From the NCBI GenBank assembly GCA_029821735.1, contig JALGSU010000017.1, positions 107,406 to 171,405 of the forward strand: a stretch of DNA of 64,000 nt, in the 5' to 3' direction. Positions within the stretch are counted from its first letter, which is position 1; each line of letters opens with the position of its first letter. Of this stretch, positions 17,552 to 24,652 are shown piece after piece. The notes under the pieces were generated by a model, which did no database searches, was not told the DNA's origin, and saw only the letters and a list, made by a program, of their open reading frames with translations. A program made the position numbers and the translations under genes. This DNA is from Candidatus Zipacnadia bacterium (GTDB taxonomy: Bacteria; Armatimonadota; Zipacnadia; Zipacnadales; UBA5352).

Positions 17552-17750
17552 CGCGCCGTCTCTTCCTTTGCCGTTGCTTCCGCCGTTCTCCTTGCCGTAC
17601 GGAGGGGCCGCGGCTTCAGCCCGGCCCGCCGTTGCCGTTGCCGTATGGAGGGCGCGGCTTTCCTTGGGCACCGACTTGTGGGCCGGAGCTTTAGCGAAGG
17701 TCCAAGCTTCAGCGAAGGTGTCAGACCCGCCCCGCCGTTGCCGTTTGCCT
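17552..17750. repeat. Structured intergenic repeat, copy E (two gccgtacggaggggccgcggcttcagcccggcccgccgtt-type units plus a duplicated agcgaaggt...cagcgaaggtgtcagacccgcc motif)
   Basis: The hairpin unit is almost identical to unit 2 of copy B. Confidence 0.5.
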
Positions 17751-19469
17751 TCACCGGTCCGCCTCTCGCCTCTGCGCCTCTTGCTCTATAGCCGCCTTCG
17801 CTCGCGGGTCCTTGTCCTGGTAGCGCAGGAGTCTCATGATCTCCCCACGCGGCTTGCCCTCCGCTCCATCCAGCCCCGCCACCAGCGCATCGATGGCGTC
17901 GCCCTTCATTTGACCCAGGGCGCTGGCGGCCTCGCGCTTGACGTTCCTCTCCTCATGCCCGAGCAGTTTCACGAGCGGGCCCGCCGCGGCAGGCCCTATC
18001 GCCACAAGGGCCGCCCCGACGGCTGAATTGCGGCCGGATTCTTTGTCGCTCATCTCGTCAATCAGCGGGCCGATGGCCCGCGCATCGCCCAGCTCGCCAA
18101 GCGCCTTGATCGCCGCGATGACGGCCCGCGCATCTCCGAGTTGACCCAGCGAAGTGGCCGCATTCGCGACGGTGACCCGGTCCTCTCGTTGCAGCGCAGA
18201 GATCAGCTTCTTCACGGCCGACCCGTCGCCTATGGCGCCAAGCGCCTTCACTGCGGCCTGCTGCACCGACTTCTCGGGATCGTCAAGCCCTGCCATCAGC
18301 GCAGGCACTGCGGGCCCATACTTGAGCTTGCCGAGCGAGTCCGCCGCATACGCACGAACCTGCCTGTCGGCAGCATCGTCCTCCAGCACGCCCAGCAGCG
18401 CCGCGCCGGCGCGCTGATCGCCGATCTTGCCCAGCGCCCGGGCCGCAAGCCACCCCGTATCAGTCTTCAGTGCCTCGATCAGCAGGTCGATGGCCTCCGG
18501 ATCTCCCGTCGAACTCAAAGCGTATACGCCCCATTCGCCCCGCGCCTGTCCCCGCTGCCATGCCCCGATCAGGGCCGACGTAGCGGCGGGGCCGAACGCT
18601 TCGATGGCCGCGAAGGCCGCATTGCCCACGACGCGGTGCGGGTGATCCAGCGCACGAATGATCGTCTCCAGTGCGCGGGCGTCGCCCAATCTCCCCAGCG
18701 CTTGAACTGCAGCCCCGGCCGCCTTCGCCTCTTTCTCGACGCGAGCGGTCTCAGCCTTGCGGCGCTCGGCCTCGGCCATGTCCCTGCCGAGAGGCGTCGC
18801 GACGGCGGGAGCCATGGCCGCCACTGCGTGCCGCCGATGCGCCGCCATCAGCGGGGCGAAGGCTGCAACGATCGCCGTCGGGTCCTCCTTGCCGATGGCG
18901 CTCAGCGCATTCGCGGCTGCCCCCACCGTGACCGCATCATCTTCCTCGAGTGCCGCGATCAGGGCGGGGACGGCCGGACGCCCCATCCCCGCCAGTGCGA
19001 AGCCCGCGCCTACCACGGCGCCCTCCTCCCTGCTGCGAAACACCTCGAGCACGCGCTCCAATACCGCCTCGTCCGAATCGCCCAGCCTGCCCAGGCTGAT
19101 GCCGGCGGAGCGCGCCCGATTGGGGTCGTCATCACTGAGCTTTGCGATGAGGAGGTCCACCTCGGTCTTGGTGGGCTGCCAAAGAGCTTCCGGTGCCGGG
19201 CTGCCCTCGTCCTCCAGGCGTGCGCTCAGCACGTCTCGCACCCCCGTCGTCACCCACACCAGGAAGATCCCCACCGCCACGAGCAGCACGAACTTCCGCA
19301 TAATGGGGTATGACTCCGGCTCCGGTTGCGGGGCCGAAGGCCCGACCACACGGTAAGACTGACCGCATTCGCACCGGTAAACGCTCCCGGCGGCCCCCGC
19401 TTCGACCTCGCGCTCTTGCCCGCATCGTGGACACTTAACTGTAATCATAATCCCGCTTCCTCCGCTCAT
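17751..19469 (-). CDS. Zinc-ribbon / single-TM / HEAT-repeat protein, paralog 1 (the most diverged)
   Basis: N-terminal VKCPRCGQ...YRCECGQ zinc ribbon, then TM helix FVLLVAVGIFLVWV, then more than 10 PBS-lyase HEAT repeats. The C-terminus has the LLRYQDKDPRAKAAIEQEA motif shared with the paralogs. An alternative start lies at 19448. Confidence 0.7.
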   Translation of the reverse strand: MSGGSGIMITVKCPRCGQEREVEAGAAGSVYRCECGQSYRVVGPSAPQPEPESYPIMRKFVLLVAVGIFLVWVTTGVRDVLSARLEDEGSPAPEALWQPTKTEVDLLIAKLSDDDPNRARSAGISLGRLGDSDEAVLERVLEVFRSREEGAVVGAGFALAGMGRPAVPALIAALEEDDAVTVGAAANALSAIGKEDPTAIVAAFAPLMAAHRRHAVAAMAPAVATPLGRDMAEAERRKAETARVEKEAKAAGAAVQALGRLGDARALETIIRALDHPHRVVGNAAFAAIEAFGPAATSALIGAWQRGQARGEWGVYALSSTGDPEAIDLLIEALKTDTGWLAARALGKIGDQRAGAALLGVLEDDAADRQVRAYAADSLGKLKYGPAVPALMAGLDDPEKSVQQAAVKALGAIGDGSAVKKLISALQREDRVTVANAATSLGQLGDARAVIAAIKALGELGDARAIGPLIDEMSDKESGRNSAVGAALVAIGPAAAGPLVKLLGHEERNVKREAASALGQMKGDAIDALVAGLDGAEGKPRGEIMRLLRYQDKDPRAKAAIEQEAQRREADR

Positions 19470-19488
19470 CCGGCCCTTACGCCTCTCC

Positions 19489-21111
19489 TCACTCCGCCTC
19501 TTGCTCTATCGCCGCCTTCGCTCGCGGGTCCTCATACCTGGCGCGCAGCAGCCTCAGAATCTCCGCGCGTTGTTCGCTCCCCGCCTTAGCCAGCCCGGCC
19601 ACAAGCGCATCGATGGCTTCCTCATCCATCCTCTGCAGCGCGCTCTCCGTGCGGGACCTGACCACTGTACTCTCACTGGCCAGACCCGCCACCAGCGCTT
19701 CGAGGCCATCGCCCCTCATCCTGCCCAGAGCATCCAACGCACTGGACCTGACGCTCCCACGGTCATGGTCAAGCAGCTCCACCAGTGCCTTCGCTGCGCG
19801 TTTGCCCCCGATCTCTGCCAGCGCCTTGATGGCTACTTTGACCACCTCGCTGGACTCATCATCGAGGGCGCCGATCAGTGGCTCGACCGCTTCCGCGCAT
19901 CCCAGCTTACCCAGCGCCTGAGCTCCCATCTTCCGCTGGTATTCCTTCTCGTGATTGAGGGTCGTAGCGAGGGCCGGTAAGGCCCGCGCGTCCCCAAATG
20001 CGCCGAGTGGTTCGATGGCGTAGTGATCGCCCCTCTCGACGGCCTTGATCAGCACCGGCACAGCGCGCGTGTCGCCCTTGCTCACCATGATCTGTGCAGC
20101 GGCGGAGACCATCGAGCCGTTGTCAGACATCAATCGGCGCAGCACCTCTTCCTCAGACACCAGTGTGTACGGGTCGGCGGTGACCTCCAGAACCATCGCT
20201 CGGACGTCCGGCCTCATCCTCCATATGTCCGCCCGCAGCGCCGGAAGAGCGTCCGGCCCAATCTTATTGAGCGCTTCAACGATCGTGCGGTCCATCTCCC
20301 GACCCATGTGCCCCAACGTCGCAACAAGCTCGTCAGTGGCCTCGCCCGCCCCTATCTCGCCCAGAGCCTTCGCCATGGCTTCCGCCGCTTTACTGTGCAT
20401 CTTGAGCCGATCCGGGTCCAGCCGCCGTCGTTTGAACCACCGCCAGGCCCCGAGGTCCTCCGCCAGTACGTGCTTCTTGAACTCCTGAATCAGAAGCTCT
20501 GTGGCCTGTGCGTCGCCGATCTCTCCCAGTGCCCGAGCGGCTTCGGTCGCGACCGCGATGTCTCTGCTAACCAGCGCCTTCAGCAGCGCCGGCACCGCCG
20601 ACTCGCCTATAGCCGCCAGAGCGCTCCTCGCGCTGCTGCGAACTCTGTCGTCGTCGGAACGCAGCGCTCTGATGAGCGGCCCAATTGCCCGCTCGCCCTT
20701 CTCCCCGAGCAGCCCGACGGCTGACTCGCGCACGCGCTCGTCGTCCCTGGAAAGCCGTTTGATGAGTTCGCGTACGGACCCCTCACGGGGTTGTCCGTAC
20801 AAGAGGGCTTCGACGTCCGTCACTCCGAGGTGCCAGTAGATTCCATTCACCAGTTGCAGGGCTGCGACGAGGGCTATGAAGCCGAGGGAGACGCCGACAA
20901 CCGCCCGCCACTTCGGCGACAGGCGATTCAGGGCGTTTCGCGGCCCGGGAAGTGGGCGCTCCGGCTTGGCACTTGGGGCACGGAACTCTCCGCCACACTG
21001 GCAGCGGTGCATCCGCCCCAGGTTCTCTGGCGCGATCTCCACCCGCGCGCTGCAGTGAGGGCACTTCACGATCGTGCTCTTCTGCTCGCCGTCCCCGTCC
21101 ATCCTTCTCAT
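19489..21111 (-). CDS. Zinc-ribbon / single-TM / HEAT-repeat protein, paralog 2
   Basis: MRRMDGDGEQKSTIVKCPHCSARVEIAPENLGRMHRCQCGGEFRAP, then TM helix, then HEAT repeats. GAAGGAG RBS 7 nt upstream. Confidence 0.7.
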   Translation of the reverse strand: MRRMDGDGEQKSTIVKCPHCSARVEIAPENLGRMHRCQCGGEFRAPSAKPERPLPGPRNALNRLSPKWRAVVGVSLGFIALVAALQLVNGIYWHLGVTDVEALLYGQPREGSVRELIKRLSRDDERVRESAVGLLGEKGERAIGPLIRALRSDDDRVRSSARSALAAIGESAVPALLKALVSRDIAVATEAARALGEIGDAQATELLIQEFKKHVLAEDLGAWRWFKRRRLDPDRLKMHSKAAEAMAKALGEIGAGEATDELVATLGHMGREMDRTIVEALNKIGPDALPALRADIWRMRPDVRAMVLEVTADPYTLVSEEEVLRRLMSDNGSMVSAAAQIMVSKGDTRAVPVLIKAVERGDHYAIEPLGAFGDARALPALATTLNHEKEYQRKMGAQALGKLGCAEAVEPLIGALDDESSEVVKVAIKALAEIGGKRAAKALVELLDHDRGSVRSSALDALGRMRGDGLEALVAGLASESTVVRSRTESALQRMDEEAIDALVAGLAKAGSEQRAEILRLLRARYEDPRAKAAIEQEAE

Positions 21112-22043
21112 CCCCGCTCCTTCGGGTCCTGACGCTGCTCGCCCGCTCGCTCAATCGCCGGCGTGGCGCTGGCCCCCATCCTCTTCAGCGCCTCGGCGAT
21201 GGTCTGGTCGAGGCTCGGGTCTATCGTCCCCAACGCCATCGAGAGCGCGTCAGCGGCCTCGCTGGCCCTCAACTCCCCCAGAGCCTTGGCCATCGCGTTC
21301 GCCGCGTTGACGTGGTGCTTGCGCTGATCGGCATCCAGCCCGGCTGTGCTGGCGGACGGCCTGATGGGTGAGGCCGCCATCGCGATATGTTCCTCGAATT
21401 CCCTGAGCAAGGGCCCTGTGGCGCGCGGGTCCCCGATGTCCCCCAATGCCCACGCTACCCAGGTCGCGACCCTGGTATCTTCCTCCGCCAGCGCCTCGAT
21501 GAGCGATGGCAATGCTGGCTCGCCGATCCTGACCAGAGCTTGCTGAGCGTTGCTGCAAGTCAAGAAGTCCTTGGAATGCAACGCGAGCATCAGCGGCTCG
21601 ATTGCGCTCTCGCCCCTTCGGACGAGTTCCCTGGTAGCCAGCCCGCCGATGTTCCGGTCCCGGTCAGAAAGCTGAGTGATGAGTTCGTCCATGCTCAGCT
21701 CGGAGCGCTGCACCTCGGTCGGGGCCCCGGGGTCTGTCATTTCGGTGGGCCACAAGCCAAACCAGCAAGCCGCGTACAGGCCTGCTGTCAGAATCCCGAA
21801 GCCGAGCGCTGAGGCTATGACCACGTTGAGAACGCTCCGCCACATCGGTGACAGTCGGACCGCTGCACTTCCTGGCTCGCGAAGTGCTCGGGGCGGCTTG
21901 CCCCCGGGCGCCCGGAACTGTCCACCGCATTCGCAGCGGTGGACACGCCCGAGGCCCTGCGGCGCGATCTCCACCCGCGCACCGCAGTGCGGACACTTGA
22001 CGATGGTTTTCTTCTGCTCGCCGTCCCCGTCCATGCTTCTCAA
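21108..22043 (-). CDS. Zinc-ribbon / single-TM / short HEAT-repeat protein, paralog 3 (truncated relative to its neighbours, TTG start)
   Basis: Same N-terminus, (MRS)MDGDGEQKKTIVKCPHCGARVEIAPQGLGRVHRCECGGQF. It is only 311 aa, and its stop overlaps the next gene's start (ATGA). Confidence 0.55.
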   Translation of the reverse strand: MRSMDGDGEQKKTIVKCPHCGARVEIAPQGLGRVHRCECGGQFRAPGGKPPRALREPGSAAVRLSPMWRSVLNVVIASALGFGILTAGLYAACWFGLWPTEMTDPGAPTEVQRSELSMDELITQLSDRDRNIGGLATRELVRRGESAIEPLMLALHSKDFLTCSNAQQALVRIGEPALPSLIEALAEEDTRVATWVAWALGDIGDPRATGPLLREFEEHIAMAASPIRPSASTAGLDADQRKHHVNAANAMAKALGELRASEAADALSMALGTIDPSLDQTIAEALKRMGASATPAIERAGEQRQDPKERG

Positions 22044-22060
22044 GCCCGCTCCCTTCGCCG

Positions 22061-23851
22061 TTACTGCCCTCTCCGCCGCTCACCTTCGTTGCGCGCCGCG
22101 TTCCTCGCGCTCGCGCGCCTGTGAATCATCCGAACCCCGCCTTCCCGCTCTATCGCCGCCGCCGCTCGCGGGTCATCGCGCTGGTGCACCAGGAGCTGGT
22201 CGATTGACACGCGAGCGTCTGGATTCGCGCCCTCCAGCCCGGCCACAAGCGCATCAATGGCATCGCTCTTCATGTTCCCCAGTGCGCTGCGGGCGTGGGT
22301 TCGCACCTGCTCACGCTCATCGCTGAGCGCAGACACCAGCGCCGGTGCCGCGTCCGCCCCCATGTGCTCGAGCATTTTACGCGCCGCGTGGCTTGCCGTG
22401 GAGTTGCCCTTGTCCAACTCGTCGATCAGCAGAGGAATGGCCTCGGTCCCTGCGATCATCCCCAGAGCCACGGACGCCGCTGCGTTAATCTCCCAGTCGT
22501 CAACTTCCAGGGCCTGCTTGAGCGGCTCAATCGCTCGCCGGTCGCCGATGCGGCCCAACGCCCGCGCGGCCCGCCGGGCCACGTACCCTTCCGTGTCCTT
22601 GAGGGCCTCGACCAGCGGCTCGACCGCGTCTGCGTGCCCGAACTCCGCGAGGGCGTCCGCTGCTTCCGTCCTGACGCCATGCTTCTCGTGTCCGAGGGCC
22701 CCGATGAGGACTGGCACGGCACGCGCATCTCCGAGTTCCACCAACAACTTGATCGCAGCATTGACGCGGTCCGGCCAGTCCTCTTCGATGGCCTTGATCA
22801 ACACCGGCAGCGCGCGCTTGTCGCCCCTGCTAACCAGGTCTCTTGCGGCGGTCAGAGCCACATCATGCTCCTCCGACCCCAGCAGCCGCATCAGATCTTC
22901 CTCAGGCAATGGTGCCCCGAGCTTGGTGCTGACGTCCAATATGACCGCACGGGCTTCTGGCCCCAAGTGCCACAGATTCTCCTGCAGCACCGGAACAGCG
23001 CTCGGACCAATCTCCTCTAGCGCCTTGGCGATGGTCCGGTCCAGGCCGTCATCAATCGTTCCTACCGCCATCATGAGCGCGTAGGAGGCCTCGGTTGCCC
23101 CCACCTGTCCCAGAGCCTTGGCTATATTGTCGGCTGTCGTCCTGTGTCTCTTGCGTTCATCCGGATCCTGCGGGCGCGTTCCGGCTGACGGCCCGCCGGT
23201 TGAGCTCGCCGCCGCGGCGTGCTTCTCGAACTCCCCAAGCAGCGCCTCGGCCGCGCGCGAGTCCCCGATCTCCCCCAGAGCCCACGCTACCCAGCCCGCG
23301 GGTGCCCTGTCGTCCTCCGTAAGTGCCTTGATGAGCGCCGGTACCGCTGGTTCGCCCACTCTGACCAGAGCCCGCGCCGCATTGTAGCGGGTCTTGGCGT
23401 CGTCGGAGCGCAGTACGCGCACCAGCGGTCCGATCGCCGGCTCGCCCTTGTCGCCGAGTTCTCTGACGGCGCGGAAGCGGATATCAGGGTCTTCATCCGC
23501 GAGCAGAGCGATCAGTTCGCCTATGGATCTCTCGCGGGGTGGTCCAATGATCGGTGCTGCGGGGTTCATCATCGCATTGTGCCAGCGGATCTCCTTCACC
23601 AGTTTCGTGACTGCGATCAGGACTACAAAGCCGAGGATAGTCACAGCAATCGCCCGCCACTTCGGCGACAGGCGAGGTGCGGCGTTGCGCGGCGAGGGAA
23701 GTGGGCGCTTCGGGTTGCCTTCCGGGGCGCGGAACTCTCCGCCACACTGACAGCGGTGCACCCGCCCCAGATTCTCTGGCGCGATCTGCACGCGCGTGTT
23801 GCAGTGCGGACATTCAACGGTCGTGCTCTTCTGCTCGATGTCCCCGTCCAT
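22061..23851 (-). CDS. Zinc-ribbon / single-TM / HEAT-repeat protein, paralog 4
   Basis: MDGDIEQKSTTVECPHCNTRVQIAPENLGRVHRCQCGGEFRAP, then TM helix, then HEAT repeats. Start set at the ATG at 23851, because the track's ORF start (23926) would overlap vapC and the codon at the conserved start position here is CTG. Confidence 0.65.
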   Translation of the reverse strand: MDGDIEQKSTTVECPHCNTRVQIAPENLGRVHRCQCGGEFRAPEGNPKRPLPSPRNAAPRLSPKWRAIAVTILGFVVLIAVTKLVKEIRWHNAMMNPAAPIIGPPRERSIGELIALLADEDPDIRFRAVRELGDKGEPAIGPLVRVLRSDDAKTRYNAARALVRVGEPAVPALIKALTEDDRAPAGWVAWALGEIGDSRAAEALLGEFEKHAAAASSTGGPSAGTRPQDPDERKRHRTTADNIAKALGQVGATEASYALMMAVGTIDDGLDRTIAKALEEIGPSAVPVLQENLWHLGPEARAVILDVSTKLGAPLPEEDLMRLLGSEEHDVALTAARDLVSRGDKRALPVLIKAIEEDWPDRVNAAIKLLVELGDARAVPVLIGALGHEKHGVRTEAADALAEFGHADAVEPLVEALKDTEGYVARRAARALGRIGDRRAIEPLKQALEVDDWEINAAASVALGMIAGTEAIPLLIDELDKGNSTASHAARKMLEHMGADAAPALVSALSDEREQVRTHARSALGNMKSDAIDALVAGLEGANPDARVSIDQLLVHQRDDPRAAAAIEREGGVRMIHRRASARNAARNEGERRRGQ

Positions 23852-23885
23852 CCTTCTCAGCCCCGCTCCTCTTGGCCCGATCCGC

Positions 23886-24257
23886 TTACGTCTCTCCCAC
23901 GACCTCGACCCCGGCCAGACCCACAAAATCCGTGTCCATCGTGATCAGCGTCGCATCATGGTGGCGCGCGGTCGCGTACACAACGGCATCCGCCATCGCC
24001 AAACCGTGCTCGAGGCTCAGATCAGCAGCGAACAGCGCCAGTCTGCTATCCAGAACCGTCACTCGTGACTCCTGCATCAATGCCGCCCCACCGTCTGCCA
24101 CCTCGACGGATACTTCCCGACACAGGAACTTGTACACTTCATAGATCACGATGGTCGGAACCACCAGATCATCCGAGGCCAGAACCTTCTCGAACCGATC
24201 CGCCAACGGCCTGTCCGTGAGATGCTCAATCCAGCCGGAGGAATCAACGAGAATCAA
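23886..24257 (-). CDS. vapC: PIN-domain ribonuclease toxin VapC
   Basis: MILVDSSGWIEHL...TIVIYEV...ADAVVYATARHHDATLITMDTDF, with the PIN acidic residues. It overlaps vapB by 4 nt. Confidence 0.75.
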   Translation of the reverse strand: MILVDSSGWIEHLTDRPLADRFEKVLASDDLVVPTIVIYEVYKFLCREVSVEVADGGAALMQESRVTVLDSRLALFAADLSLEHGLAMADAVVYATARHHDATLITMDTDFVGLAGVEVVGET

Positions 24258-24472
24258 AGCCGATCCACCTTCTCACGGATGTTGCTGATGTCCGCGCCGC
24301 GGGCGATCCCTCGCAACCCCTCAAGCGTTGGCACCGGTACCAGACTCACGGAACGGCCCTTCGCGATCCACACCAATTTCTTCCCCGACTGAAACCCGGG
24401 AATCTCGCGAATGGACTTTGGGACCACGACCTGATACTTGCTCGATATCTTCGTTGCGTCCATCGATATCAA
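24254..24472 (-). CDS. vapB: AbrB/MazE/SpoVT-type antitoxin VapB
   Basis: 72 aa. YQVVVPKSIREIPGFQSGKKLVW swapped-hairpin motif. It overlaps vapC (ATGA). Confidence 0.65.
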   Translation of the reverse strand: MISMDATKISSKYQVVVPKSIREIPGFQSGKKLVWIAKGRSVSLVPVPTLEGLRGIARGADISNIREKVDRL

Positions 24473-24611
24473 CTCCGTAAGACGAATGCTTATCGATACG
24501 GATTATAGCCCACCAAACACGCATCGTCAAGCAGATCGACCGAAAAATCCCCACCGAATTGGCGCCCCGCACCCCGCCCCAGCGTGACCCGCCCTTGTTA
24601 AGAACCCCCCT

Positions 24612-24629
24612 GTGAGGTGTTAACTAACA
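24612..24629. promoter_or_regulatory. Perfect inverted repeat AGGTGTTA-AC-TAACACCT, with adjacent TGTTAGGT direct repeats, upstream of vapB
   Basis: Seen in sequence, in an AT-richer patch about 140 bp upstream of the vapB start and downstream of the 24653 gene end. Confidence 0.3.
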
Positions 24630-24652
24630 CCTGTTAGGTCTCGTGTTAGGTA

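Noticed and set aside
16088-19313. ORFs 16088..17053 (-), 16207..16959 (+) and 18141..19313 (+) overlapping the 14-TM membrane protein and HEAT paralog 1
   Set aside because: They have no motifs, are Arg-rich and sit in alternative frames. The annotated frames give coherent TM helices and HEAT repeats.
23852-23926. Longer start for HEAT paralog 4 (MWVWPGSRSW...)
   Set aside because: It would overlap the vapC coding region. The conserved N-terminal MDGD motif is at 23851, and the codon at the position used as start in paralogs 2 and 3 is CTG here.
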